Origin: an uncultured Gemmatimonadales bacterium
GTDB lineage: Bacteria; Gemmatimonadota; Gemmatimonadetes; Gemmatimonadales; Gemmatimonadaceae
DNA length: 64,000 bases
Assembly (NCBI GenBank): GCA_963850905.1
Contig: CAWKMU010000003.1
Coordinates: 1,984,001 to 2,048,000, forward strand
Reading direction: 5' to 3'
Numbering within the stretch: the stretch's first letter is position 1; every line of letters starts with the position of its first letter. Under the pieces are notes generated by a model that searched no databases, had not been told where the DNA came from, and saw only the letters and a list, made by a program, of their open reading frames with translations. Made by a program: the position numbers and the translations under genes. Shown piece by piece: positions 1 to 10,121 of this stretch.

Positions 1-140
1 ATGTAACGAAAGTCCCTGGTCCTAGGGGGTCGGACGGGACGCGGCGGCGGGGGTGCGTGGCCCGTGGTTATTGGGATGCGGGATTTGTGATTTTGGCGGT
101 ATGGTGGTGGACCAAGGCTGCGGCGTGCAGCTCGATTCTG

Positions 141-184
141 AAGAAAGTAGGAGGGCCAGTGGGGGATCGCCGCCACTGGCCCTC
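141..184 (-). terminator. Likely intrinsic terminator downstream of pstS
   Basis: 12-bp stem gagggccagtgg (151-162) / ccactggccctc (173-184), followed on the minus strand by ctactttctt. Confidence 0.6.
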
Positions 185-239
185 GCTAATCAAGGGCGAG
201 ACCGGGAAACCAGGCCCCTGCCGCGTTATGGTGCCGACG

Positions 240-1301
240 CTATTGCGAGGCGCTCATCGTCCCGACTTTGATCTGTTTGATGTAGGTGTCAAGACGCTTA
301 ACCATCGCCGTTGGCAGTGGTGCGTAGTCCAGGGCGGCGACCTCCTGTTGGCCGCTGTGCAGCATCCATGTAAGGAAGTCAACGAGCTGCTTCCCCTTGG
401 TCGCGTTCGTCTGATTCTTGTACACGAGCAACCAGGTGAAGGAGGAAATGGGATACGCATCGGCGCCGGGTCCGTTCACGATTGAGATGCGGTAGTCGGT
501 GTTAGCAGGCAACGTGGCCGCCACGCCTGCTGCCGCGGCAGTCACCGACTCGATCGTGGGCTCCACGAACTTCCCGGCCGCATTCTTGACCGCAGCGTAC
601 GGGAGCTTGTTTTGCCTCGCGTAGGCCAGCTCGACGTACCCAATTGCATACGGGGTCTGCTTGACCTGGCCCGCGACTCCCTCGTTCCCTTTGCCGCCAA
701 GCCCGACCGGCCACTGGACGTCTTTCCCCTTGCCCGGCCCCTTCGCCCATTCGGGACTGACGCTCGAGAGGTAGTCGGTCCAGATATAGGTGGTCCCGCT
801 GCCGTCCGATCAATGCACCACCAATATGTCCTGGTCCGGCAGTTTGACACCGGGATTGAGCGCCACGACCTGGGGATCATTCCATTTCGTGATCTTGCCT
901 AGAAAGATCCCGGCGATGGCCTCGGGCGAGAACCGAAGCGACTGAGTAATCCCGGGAAGGTTGTAGGTCAGGACGTCTGCTCCTAACACCGTTGGAATGT
1001 GGAGGATGGGCCCACCCTTGACCTTGGCGATCTCCGCGTCGCTCATGGGCCCGTCGGAGGCACCGAAGTCCACCGTCATGTCCGAGATCTGGCGCACGCC
1101 GCCGCCAGAGCCGATGGACTGATAGTTGATCTCGACATGCGTCTGAGCGGCATAATCGGAGAACCACTTGGAATAGATCGGGTACGGGAACGTAGCGCCG
1201 GCGCCCGTCAGGGCCTGGCCCGAAGCCACGACCGGCATTCCGACTATCATTGCAGTGGCGAGGGTGCGCCAGAGCACGCCTGGTGCGCGGTTGCTGATCA
1301 T
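240..1301 (-). pseudogene. pstS: Phosphate ABC transporter substrate-binding protein PstS, interrupted by one in-frame TGA at 810-812
   Basis: Motifs GAGATFPYP, YQSIGSGGG, VDFGASD, and YPISSFTW in the C-terminal ORF 240-566, all in one frame; the sequence reads VVH-TGA-SDGSGTT where the family has VHRSDGSGTT. Confidence 0.85.
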
Positions 1302-1599
1302 CAGGATGTCCTCGGAAGGGAAAGAGTTCTCGATCGACCGGCATCGATCCGGACGGAATTGCTTTCAAAACGGCCGGGCAGACAACTGAAGCAACGATTC
1401 GGTCGCGTAACGGATGATCGCCGCTCCCTCGCTCAACAGTCTGGTGCCCTAGAGACGTTTGGCTCCCCTTAACGCTGTCCGTCCCTCGTAACGCGTCGAC
1501 GCGCGGATTGTATCGGATGTGTCACGTGCGCTAAGAAGCGGACTCGACCGTTTGGCGTCCCGCGTGTTCCCGACCAATGATCGGGGTGGTTGGAAGGCT

Positions 1600-3039
1600 C
1601 TAGGGAGCTCGGTCCGGGAAGAATGCTGCGACAGCTGTCCCCCGACCTGGTTGGCTGTCCGCGCGGACACGACCCCCGTGCGCCTCCACCAGATGCCGGA
1701 CGATGGCGAGTCCGAGCCCAGTCCCGCCCGCCTCGCGCGCGCGGGCCCGATCCACCCGGTAAAATCGCTCGAAGATGCGCGGCAGGTGCTCCGCCGCGAT
1801 CCCGACACCAGTGTCTCGAACGGTCAGCCAAACACCGTGTTCGGCCAGGTCCGGGTTCGCACCCAATGCGTCCCCGTCGTGCCCAGCCAACGCGCCGTTG
1901 TCGCGATGGGCTGTCACCGTCACCGACCCTGCCGGCGTGTGGCGCACCGCGTTCTCGACAAGGTTCGTCAGGACCTGTCGCAGCGCGGTCGGGTCCGCTA
2001 GCACGGTCCGCGCATCGTCCGGGATGAAGAGCTCGAGGGCAACGCCTTTCTCTTCCGCCAAAGCTTTCGACGGGAGGACGGCGTCGGTTGCGGCTGCGCG
2101 CGTGTCCACGACGATGGGCTTCGGCACCCAGCCGCCGGACTCGATCCGGCTGAGGTCGAGCAGATCATCCACGATGCGCTGCATGCGTCGGGTGTTCGCG
2201 AGTATCGTCTCCGCGAATTGGCGGCGTCGCTCTGGCGGCAGATCTTCGTCGGTCAGCGTCTCGGCAAATCCGCCCACGACCGTGAGCGGTGTCTTGAGCT
2301 CGTGCGAGACGTTGGCGACGAAATCGCGTCGCACGGCCTCGAGTCGTCTCGACGCCGTGAGGTCCAGCAACGCCACGACAGCACCCCCGCCCGCCAGCGG
2401 CCGCGCAGTCAGCGCGAGCGATCGGCCCTCCACGGTCGTCTCCGCGCCTTCGGTCACCGTGCCCGCAAGCGCCGCGGTCACCGACTGGCGAAAGACGCGC
2501 TCTCGCGGCAGGTAGTCGAGCGGGAACGGTACTGGCGTCGCCGCCCGCAACAGTTTGCGGCCGGTCGCGTTGATGCGTACGACGCGTTGCCGCACGTCGA
2601 CGGCAAGCACTCCCTCGTGCAGCGAATCGAACAGCGCCGTCAACAGGGAGTCCTCCTCTTCGAGCGCGAGCAGACGAGCGCCCAGCTGCTCGCCGAGACG
2701 GTGGATCGCTATCGCCAAGTCGCCGACTTCACCCGGTGCCGTGAGCGATGGTCGGCGGCTGAGGTCCCCAGCCGCCAGCCCTCGCGCGACGTCGCGGAGC
2801 TCCTCGACCGGGCGGGAGACGGCGCGCGCAAACAGAAACGCGATCACCGAGGACAGGGCCAACGCAATGCAGCCCGTGAGAACGACGTCGCGCTTGGCGG
2901 CGCGCAGCAGATCTGGCGTCGGCGCGGCGGCGCCGGAGATGCCCGGGTCGAGTCGATAGTTGATCACGCCGACGACGCACACGACGATCACGCTCACGAC
3001 GATGAGCGAGCCTAGGAGCAATCGCTGTGTGAGTCTCAC
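1600..3039 (-). CDS. phoR: HAMP/PAS sensor histidine kinase, PhoR-like
   Basis: Two TM segments, HAMP, H-box DFVANVSHELKTPL, FERFYRVD and GGTGLGL; lies between phoB and pstS. Confidence 0.85.
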   Translation of the reverse strand: MRLTQRLLLGSLIVVSVIVVCVVGVINYRLDPGISGAAAPTPDLLRAAKRDVVLTGCIALALSSVIAFLFARAVSRPVEELRDVARGLAAGDLSRRPSLTAPGEVGDLAIAIHRLGEQLGARLLALEEEDSLLTALFDSLHEGVLAVDVRQRVVRINATGRKLLRAATPVPFPLDYLPRERVFRQSVTAALAGTVTEGAETTVEGRSLALTARPLAGGGAVVALLDLTASRRLEAVRRDFVANVSHELKTPLTVVGGFAETLTDEDLPPERRRQFAETILANTRRMQRIVDDLLDLSRIESGGWVPKPIVVDTRAAATDAVLPSKALAEEKGVALELFIPDDARTVLADPTALRQVLTNLVENAVRHTPAGSVTVTAHRDNGALAGHDGDALGANPDLAEHGVWLTVRDTGVGIAAEHLPRIFERFYRVDRARAREAGGTGLGLAIVRHLVEAHGGRVRADSQPGRGTAVAAFFPDRAP

Positions 3040-3130
3040 GCCGCCGCCCTCCGCACCGCAGCCTCAGATAGCCGCGATGCATACCCCGCTCGATACGGGG
3101 CGCCGCCGGCCGAGCGTGCACCCGGGCGCG

Positions 3131-3847
3131 TTATGCGCCGCGTGCGTGCCCTGCGCGCAACCGGTAGCCGAATCCTCGCACGGTCTCGATCAGATCGCCA
3201 GCCGGTCCCAGCTTCGTGCGTAATCGTTGAATATGCATATCGACCGTGCGGGTCTGGATATCGGGGGCCGCCTCCCACACGGTTTCGAGCAGATGTCCGC
3301 GCGCCTGTACGCGCCCGCGGCGCTCGGCGAGAGTCAGCAAGAGCTTGAACTCCGTCGGCGTCAGCTCCACTTCCGCGGTGTCGACACTGACACGGTGCGC
3401 GGCGCGGTCGATGCGGATCGGACCGATCGCGAGCACGTCGGTCGCCGTGTGAGCGGACGCGCCGACGCGCCGCAGAATCGCGCTCACGCGGAGAACCAGC
3501 TCTTGAGGACTGAACGGCTTTGTGAGATAGTCGTCGGCGCCGAGCGACAAGCCACGAATCCGATCCGGTTCCTCGCGACGTGCGGTCAGCATGAGGACCG
3601 CCACATCGCGCGTGCTATCATCCGAGCGCAGTTGCTCCAACACGTCGAACCCTGACAGCCCGGGCAGCATGAGATCGAGCACGACCAGGGACGGCCGCTC
3701 CTGGCGAGCGAGCGTGAGCGCGTCTTGTCCGTTAGAGGCAGTGGAGACCCGGTAGCCCGACTTGGCCAAGTGATAAGCGACAAGGGCTACGATGTCCGGC
3801 TCGTCATCGACGACTAGCACGCGTTCCGTAGTGACCGGTGCGGTCAT
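3131..3847 (-). CDS. phoB: OmpR-family response regulator PhoB
   Basis: VLVVDDE, LDLMLPG, GADDYLTKPFS, TRTVDMHIQRLR, IETVRGFGY; start taken at ATG 3847. Confidence 0.85.
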   Translation of the reverse strand: MTAPVTTERVLVVDDEPDIVALVAYHLAKSGYRVSTASNGQDALTLARQERPSLVVLDLMLPGLSGFDVLEQLRSDDSTRDVAVLMLTARREEPDRIRGLSLGADDYLTKPFSPQELVLRVSAILRRVGASAHTATDVLAIGPIRIDRAAHRVSVDTAEVELTPTEFKLLLTLAERRGRVQARGHLLETVWEAAPDIQTRTVDMHIQRLRTKLGPAGDLIETVRGFGYRLRAGHARGA

Positions 3848-3922
3848 CGGTTTTCCAGAGTTGGGTCGTACCATTATCGAGGCGGCGCCGGGCACGCCAA
3901 GAATATGCGCAGCTAACGAAAC

Positions 3923-4786
3923 ATGAGCAAAGGGGAAGAGTTCGCCACGAGTCACGGTTTGGTATCGACGCACGAGCTCGTCGCGCGCGCGGCCGACCTC
4001 GTCGCAGCCCGGTGTCGCATCACTCGCCCACGCACGGCGCTCATTCTCGGGTCGGGGCTGGGCGACTTCGCGCGACATATCGAGGGTGCTACCAGGCTCT
4101 CCTTCACAGAGATCCCTGGCTTTCCGGCGCCCTCAGTCCAGGGACACGCCGGCGACGTCGTTCACGGCCGCGTCCACGGCCGCGAGGTCATCGCCATCTC
4201 CGGGCGCATCCATTTATACGAGGGGCATCGGGCCCCGGTCGTCGCGCTTCCCGTCCGTCTCGTGCACGCACTCGGGGTGCGCACGCTCCTCATCTCCAAC
4301 GCGGCAGGCGCAATACGTCAGGGGTTCCAGGCGGGATCCCTCATGGTCGTGCGGGACCATATCAATATGAGTTGGCACAACCCGCTGATTGGCCCTTCGT
4401 CTCCCGGCGATCTGCGGTTCCCGGACATGTCGGCCCCTTACGACGCCGCACTCGGCACAACGTTCGAAACCGCGGCCATCGCGAGCGGGCTCACGGTCGT
4501 GAGTGGCGTCTATGCCGGCGTGTTGGGTCCGTCATACGAGACTCCAGCCGAAGTGCGCATGCTCGCGCGCATGGGAGCGGACGCGGTGGGCATGTCCACC
4601 GTCCCCGAAGTACTGGTTGCTCGGGCGCTCGGCATGCGCGTCGTGGCCATCAGTTGTCTCACCAATGCCGCCGCAGGCATCGCCGCGCACCCGCTCTCTC
4701 ACGCCGATGTCCTCAGGGTGGTCGCACGGGTGGCGCCCGCGTTCGAACAGACGGTAGCCGTCTGGCTCGACCAGGCAGCGAGATAG
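3923..4786 (+). CDS. Purine-nucleoside phosphorylase (family 2)
   Basis: ILGSGLG, GRIHLYEG, NAAG, GPSYETPAE, GADAVGMSTVPE. Confidence 0.9.
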   Translation: MSKGEEFATSHGLVSTHELVARAADLVAARCRITRPRTALILGSGLGDFARHIEGATRLSFTEIPGFPAPSVQGHAGDVVHGRVHGREVIAISGRIHLYEGHRAPVVALPVRLVHALGVRTLLISNAAGAIRQGFQAGSLMVVRDHINMSWHNPLIGPSSPGDLRFPDMSAPYDAALGTTFETAAIASGLTVVSGVYAGVLGPSYETPAEVRMLARMGADAVGMSTVPEVLVARALGMRVVAISCLTNAAAGIAAHPLSHADVLRVVARVAPAFEQTVAVWLDQAAR

Positions 4787-4811
4787 GTTCGACGCTATGT
4801 CGCGCGTCGTA

Positions 4812-5597
4812 TCACGCGACAGGGCCTTGGCCGCGACCAACACGAGGGGGACGTAACAGCGCGCGGTGCACATAGGCCATCCCGGCGCGAACGGCGCGGT
4901 TCAACGACGCGCCCTTGGCGAGATGGGCGGTGATCGCCGCCGAGAGGACGCACCCAGTTCCGTGGGTATGGCGAGTCGCGACTCGTCGATGGCGAAAGAA
5001 CCGCGGAGCGGTCGATCCGTCGTAAAAGACGTCGATAGCCGTCGGGCCATCGAGGTGTCCGCCGGTCACCAAGGCCGCGCCCGCACCGCCGCGCTCGACG
5101 AGCCACCGTGCCGCTCTCGCCATGGATGCCAGGTCGGTCACCGGCTCGCCCCCGAGTGCCGCGGCCTCCGCCAGGTTGGGCGTAATGAGCGCGGCGAGCG
5201 GCACGAGCTCGCGACGCAGGACAGCGACAGCCGCTCGGTCGAGCAATGCGCGGCCTGTAGAGGCGCGCATGACAGGGTCCAACACGTACGGAGCGAGCGC
5301 ATGGTATCGCAATGCCGCAGCGACCGCCCGCGCCACTCCGGCTGTCGCTAGCATCCCGCTCTTCACGGCGGCGGGCCGGAGGTCGGTGGCGACGGCGTCG
5401 ACCTGCGCGCGCACCAGCCGCGGGGCGATGGGCGCCGACCGCACGACGGCGAGCGAGTTCTGCGCGGTAACGGCGGTGATCGCCGTGGTGCCGAACACGC
5501 CAAGCCGCGCGAACACGCGCAGGTCGGCTTGGACACCTGCCCCGCCGCCCGAATCCGATCCGGCGATCGTCAGTGCGATGGGGGCGCGTGAGGGCAT
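4812..5597 (-). CDS. thiD: Hydroxymethylpyrimidine/phosphomethylpyrimidine kinase
   Basis: LTIAGSDSGGGAGVQAD, VTAQN, ITPNLAEA, THGTGC. Confidence 0.92.
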   Translation of the reverse strand: MPSRAPIALTIAGSDSGGGAGVQADLRVFARLGVFGTTAITAVTAQNSLAVVRSAPIAPRLVRAQVDAVATDLRPAAVKSGMLATAGVARAVAAALRYHALAPYVLDPVMRASTGRALLDRAAVAVLRRELVPLAALITPNLAEAAALGGEPVTDLASMARAARWLVERGGAGAALVTGGHLDGPTAIDVFYDGSTAPRFFRHRRVATRHTHGTGCVLSAAITAHLAKGASLNRAVRAGMAYVHRALLRPPRVGRGQGPVA

Positions 5598-5669
5598 GAC
5601 GGGTGGTGGCGGCGAACCGGAGGAGAGGCGATCATCGATGGACAGGTCACCCCATCTACCTTCGATTCC

Positions 5670-6432
5670 GTGCGACTTCTAACCCTAGCGCGCGACCTCA
5701 AGCGTCGAAAGGCGCGCGAGCGGACGCAATACTTTGTTGCCGAAGGCGTGCGGACCGTCGAAGAGCTGCTGGGATCAGGGCTCGCGATCCGGGGGGCGCT
5801 GGTCGCGCCCCAACTCGCGACAACCCCTCGTGGCGACTCGCTCCGAGCCACGCTCGAGGGGCATCAGATCGAAATTGAACGGGTTAGCGACGCCGATTTC
5901 GCGACCGGATCCCAGACCGACTCTCCCCAAGGGGTGCTGGCGATCGCAGAAGTCCCGCCGCGTTCGCTGGCGGACCTTGATCCGGGCTCGCGATGTCGCA
6001 TGCTCGTCCTGGATGCGGTCCAGGATCCCGGCAACGTGGGCACAATGGTGCGGGCCGCGGGGGCACTTGGCGTGGCTGCCACCTTGGCACTACCCGGCAC
6101 GGTTGACCTGTGGAACGCGAAAGTCGTCCGTAGCGCGATGGGTGCGCTCTTCTCTCACACGGCAATCATGGCGACTTGGGCGGAGTTCGACGATTGGCGG
6201 GCGGCCCATCGTGTGGCGCTGTGGGGAGCGGATGCGCGTGGCGAGCCCATTGAGCGGGCGCACACCGACGCGCCCCCGCGGCTCGCCCTTATGGTCGGCA
6301 ACGAGGGCAGCGGCCTGACCCCACTCGCCCGTACGCGATCCGAGCGGCTCGTCGGGCTCCCGATCGCGGGCGTGGAATCTCTCAACGTTGCGGTGGCTGC
6401 GGGCATTCTTGTTGTACGAGTTGCGACAGTGA
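5670..6432 (+). CDS. TrmH/SpoU-family RNA methyltransferase; an extra T near 6409 makes it read into the next gene
   Basis: LDAVQDPGNVGT, VGNEGSG, VESLNVAVAAGIL; removing one T gives the typical end ILLYELRQ-TGA (6430-6432). Confidence 0.8.
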
Positions 6433-7325
6433 CGCTCGCGCCGACTGGACTGGTCGCGACCCTGGGCATCGTCTTTGCCGGCGGCGCGCCGACTGGCATC
6501 CCGCCGTGGTTGTGGTGGGGCACCGTCGGCGTGTGGGGCGCGCTCATTGGCTCTTTCCTCAACGTGTGTATCGCCCGCTGGCCGATGGAGCTGTCCGTCG
6601 TCGCCCCTCGATCGCGGTGCCCGCGCTGCCAGCGCCAGATCGCCTGGTACGAGAATGTGCCGGTCCTGAGCTGGGTTGCCCTGCGCGGCCAATGCCGCGG
6701 CTGCCGCCTCCCGATCTCGGTCCAGTACCCGATCGTGGAGATCGCGATCGCGCTCGCGTGGATCGGTGCTTTTGCGGTCTACCACTCGCCATTTGCCGCG
6801 CTGCGCGTCGCCGTTTTCGTCACGCTGTTGGCCGGCGTCGCCGTCACCGACCTGCTCTACTATCTCATCCCCGACGGGTTCACCGTGTTTGGCCTCGTGT
6901 GGCTCTTCGCGGCGTCCGTGATAGGTGTGTTCATCGGCGACAGCGGGGGATTCGCCTTGCCGTACGACGCGTTGATCGGTGCGTGCGTCGGGGCGGGGGC
7001 GATCTCGATCGTCGGCTGGCTGGGGGAGGTCGCGCTCCGGAGAGAAGCGATGGGCTTTGGCGATGTCACGCTCATGGCCGTCGTCGGAACCGCACTGGGC
7101 GCGCCCCGCACCCTCCTCACGATCTTCCTGGGCGCGACCGTCGGTGCCGTCGTGTTCCTGGTCGCAGTCATGCCCGTTGCCTGGGTCCGCTGCCGGCGGG
7201 CTGGGGTACCTTTTGAGGCGCCGCTAGTGCCCTTCGGGGTCTTCCTTGCGCCTGCCGCCATCCTCACCTTCCTTTGGGGAGACCGCCTGCTCGCGTGGTA
7301 CCTGGCGCGACTCGGGCTGGCGTGA
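6429..7325 (+). CDS. pilD: Prepilin peptidase (A24A, PilD-like)
   Basis: IGSFLNVCI, SRCPRC, NVPVLSW..LRGQCRGC, MGFGDV, VPFGVFL; GTG start overlaps the reconstructed trmH TGA (GTGA). Confidence 0.88.
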   Translation: MTLAPTGLVATLGIVFAGGAPTGIPPWLWWGTVGVWGALIGSFLNVCIARWPMELSVVAPRSRCPRCQRQIAWYENVPVLSWVALRGQCRGCRLPISVQYPIVEIAIALAWIGAFAVYHSPFAALRVAVFVTLLAGVAVTDLLYYLIPDGFTVFGLVWLFAASVIGVFIGDSGGFALPYDALIGACVGAGAISIVGWLGEVALRREAMGFGDVTLMAVVGTALGAPRTLLTIFLGATVGAVVFLVAVMPVAWVRCRRAGVPFEAPLVPFGVFLAPAAILTFLWGDRLLAWYLARLGLA

Positions 7326-7507
7326 GCGCCGGGATCGTCGGCGCGGATGCACGGCACGGAAACTCCGGCACATAATCAACGGTAGGGAGAGACGGCACCG
7401 GTCGAGTACCCTTCCGGCGACCGATTCTGGCATGCGAATCTTGGTGAAGGTGACGATGACGGACCTGATGGATTACAACGGGCGGCCGATGGATCGCGGA
7501 CGAGCCG

Positions 7508-8692
7508 ATGCGTGACTCGGCGTTGGGCCGCTTCACGCGCAATCTCACCGATGAGGCCCACCGGGGTCGTTTGGACCCCGTCCGCTGTCGGGACGCGGAG
7601 ATCGCGCGCGTCATCGACATTCTCCTGCGCTATGGCAAGAACAACCCCGCCCTGGTCGGGCCGGCGGGCGTGGGGAAGACAGCGATCGTCGAAGGCCTCG
7701 CCCAGCGGGTCGCGGCCGCGGAAGTACCGCTCGCGCTGCGCGACGTTCGTGTACTCTCGCTCGACCACGTGGCCCTCCTGGGCGGTACGACGTACCGCGG
7801 CCAGTATGAGTCTCGTATCACCGCGCTGGTCGATGAGGTGACGGAGGCAGGTGATGTCGTGCTCTTCGTCGATGAGCTCCACAACCTGATCGGTCAAGGC
7901 ACCGCGATGGGCGTCGCGATGGATGCGGGCAACATGCTCAAGCCGGCGCTGGTGCAAGGCGAGTTTCGAGTCATCGGTGCCACGACGAGCGACGAGTACG
8001 ATCGGTGGATTTGTGGCGACCCGGCTCTGGAACGGCGCTTTCAGCGCGTCGACGTTCGCGAGCTATCCGCATCCGACACGTTGGCTGTGTTGCGCGCGAG
8101 AGTACTCCGCCTGGAGCGACATCACGGCGTCGTCATCGCGGATGATGCGATCGACGCCGCGGTCCAGCTGACGGATGAGTATGTGCACGATCGCGCCCGG
8201 CCGGACCGGGCGATCAATGCGCTGGATGAGGCGTGCGCGCACACCCAGGCGCGGGCCGTCTACCGGCCTGCCGTCGCGATGCTGATCGCTGAGCGTCGCG
8301 GATTGCTGCGGAGTGGTGCGGCGGCCATCGAGCCGCCCCCGGCTGGCGAGGCCGCCACGACTGAGGACCCCGATCCCCTCGAGCGGTTCGCGCGCTCGGG
8401 ATTCAACGCGCTCGAGCGGTTCGGCGCCGAGCTCGAGGCGGCAATCGCCGAACGTCTGGGAGATCCGATCGACCGGCCGGCCGATCGGCCGCGGAGACCC
8501 GGATCGGGTGGCCAAAGCGGAGCTCGGCCGGCAGATGCGCCGGCGGCGCGAACGGCACAAACGCCCCTCGCCGAACTGGATGAATCGATCAGACGGCAGT
8601 TGATCGAGGACGGGGTCGTCGTCCGCGGGCACGATGTCGCGCGAGCCGTAGCGGTGGCCACGGGCACCGACGTCATCTGGCGCGCGCCGTGA
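7508..8692 (+). CDS. ClpA/ClpB-type AAA+ protein comprising NBD1 only
   Basis: LDPV, KNNPALVGPAGVGKT (Walker A), YRGQYE pore loop, LFVDELH (Walker B), IGATT, ALERRF, PDRAINALDEA; no N domain and no NBD2. Confidence 0.8.
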   Translation: MRDSALGRFTRNLTDEAHRGRLDPVRCRDAEIARVIDILLRYGKNNPALVGPAGVGKTAIVEGLAQRVAAAEVPLALRDVRVLSLDHVALLGGTTYRGQYESRITALVDEVTEAGDVVLFVDELHNLIGQGTAMGVAMDAGNMLKPALVQGEFRVIGATTSDEYDRWICGDPALERRFQRVDVRELSASDTLAVLRARVLRLERHHGVVIADDAIDAAVQLTDEYVHDRARPDRAINALDEACAHTQARAVYRPAVAMLIAERRGLLRSGAAAIEPPPAGEAATTEDPDPLERFARSGFNALERFGAELEAAIAERLGDPIDRPADRPRRPGSGGQSGARPADAPAARTAQTPLAELDESIRRQLIEDGVVVRGHDVARAVAVATGTDVIWRAP

Positions 8693-8759
8693 GGGGACCC
8701 ACTGCCCATCGGGCGACAGCTGCCTCGTTCCCTCGACCGACCTTTTTCCTCGTGGCGCG

Positions 8760-10019
8760 ATGAGCCTTCTCGATTGCCTGGCGCATGTCTGGCCGACCGG
8801 CGCCGTGTGGGTCGTCCTCAGCGGGACGCTGGCATGCGGGGCGGGTGATCGAACGGCAGGGCATGGCGGACCCTCTGCGTCCCAGGTCGCCGACGCCGCG
8901 AAGCGGGTCGAACACGCGGTTGGCCTCACGTTCAAACGGCCGCCGCGGGTCGAGACCCGGACGAAGGCGGAGGTTCGTGCCTTCCTCGATCAGCAGTTTG
9001 CCACGAGTCACGCGACGCGGGACATCGCCGGAACCGAGGCCGCGTACAAACTGCTCGGCATGATTCCGGACACGTTGAATCTCACGGACGAGATGAAGGC
9101 GCTGCTCGCCGAGCAGGTCATCGGCTTCTATGACCCGAAAACCAAGGTCCTGTACGTGGTGGACAGCGCGCCCCAGGCCGCGGTGGATATGGTGCTCACG
9201 CACGAGCTGGTGCACGCGCTGCAGGACCAGTACATGAATCTCGACTCCGTACAGAGCGCCGAGGGTGACAACGATCGCTCCGCCGCGGCCGACGCGATCA
9301 TCGAAGGTCAGGCGTTCTACGATCAGATGATCGCGGTAGCAGGGAATCGAGGCCTCGTCGCGGCCATGCCTGGCGGGTGGGACGCGGTGCGCGAGACGAT
9401 CCGAGAGAACAAGACGGCGATGCCTGCGATAGCCAACGCCCCAATGGTGCTGCAGGAGACGCTGCTCTTCCCGTATCTGAGCGGCGCCGAGTTCATGCGC
9501 GACTTCAATGCGCGCGAGCCCGGCAAGCAGCCGTACGCCGACATGCCAGTCTCGACGACACAGATTCTGCATCCGCTCACTGCCTATTTCGGCAAACGCG
9601 ATTGGCCGGTGCGCGTGGCGCTCCCGCCGCCGCCACACGGCCTCCATGTCCAGTACGACGACAACCTGGGCGAATTCGAGACGCGACTCTTTCTCTTCCA
9701 GCACCTGGATGACCAGGCCGCGGCCATTCGCGGGGCGAGCGGATGGGCAGGCGACCGTTACGAGGTGGTCCAGATGCCCGAAGGACCGGGCCTCGCGTGG
9801 GTGACCGTCTGGGAGTCAGCGGTGAGCGCGGGACAGTTTCGCGATTTGTTGCAGCAAGCGATCGCCCATCGGTATGGGCCGCATCCTACGCGCTCGGTCT
9901 CGGTCACGGCGGTTGATATCGCCGGGCGCCCAGCCGTCATCTACGAGGACAAGCCGCACGGCGTGACGACACGGCTGGTGGACCCGGCAGGGGTGAAGGT
10001 GGAGACGACTGGACGTTAG
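8760..10019 (+). CDS. Lipoprotein with HExxH motif, putative zinc metallopeptidase
   Basis: Lipobox-like GTLAC, GFYDP, THELVHALQDQ, downstream IEGQA. Confidence 0.65.
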   Translation: MSLLDCLAHVWPTGAVWVVLSGTLACGAGDRTAGHGGPSASQVADAAKRVEHAVGLTFKRPPRVETRTKAEVRAFLDQQFATSHATRDIAGTEAAYKLLGMIPDTLNLTDEMKALLAEQVIGFYDPKTKVLYVVDSAPQAAVDMVLTHELVHALQDQYMNLDSVQSAEGDNDRSAAADAIIEGQAFYDQMIAVAGNRGLVAAMPGGWDAVRETIRENKTAMPAIANAPMVLQETLLFPYLSGAEFMRDFNAREPGKQPYADMPVSTTQILHPLTAYFGKRDWPVRVALPPPPHGLHVQYDDNLGEFETRLFLFQHLDDQAAAIRGASGWAGDRYEVVQMPEGPGLAWVTVWESAVSAGQFRDLLQQAIAHRYGPHPTRSVSVTAVDIAGRPAVIYEDKPHGVTTRLVDPAGVKVETTGR

Positions 10020-10118
10020 ACGCTGGACGCTAGATGACAAACCTCGGGGCCAGCGAAGCGCACTGCTCCTGGCCCCGAGGTTTTTTCAGCGTCCAGCGTC
10101 CAGCGTCCAACGTCTAGC
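10009..10118. repeat. Inverted heptamer arrays flanking a bidirectional terminator hairpin
   Basis: (C/T)T(G/A)GACG units at 10009-10036 and CA(G/A)CGTC units at 10087-10118 flank the stem aaacctcggggccag/ctggccccgaggttt with a T-run, between convergent genes. Confidence 0.75.
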
Positions 10119-10121
10119 CTT

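Noticed and set aside
810..812. Selenocysteine or genetic-code reassignment at the pstS TGA
   Set aside because: The aligned residue is Arg rather than Cys or Trp, and TGA terminates many intact genes in this window
1302..1599. Pho box upstream of pstS
   Set aside because: Only scattered GTAAC/GTCAC half-sites, without a convincing 11-bp tandem spacing
5670..7325. Novel 551-aa methyltransferase-peptidase fusion protein
   Set aside because: Explained by a single extra T; the normal gene end and start are recoverable
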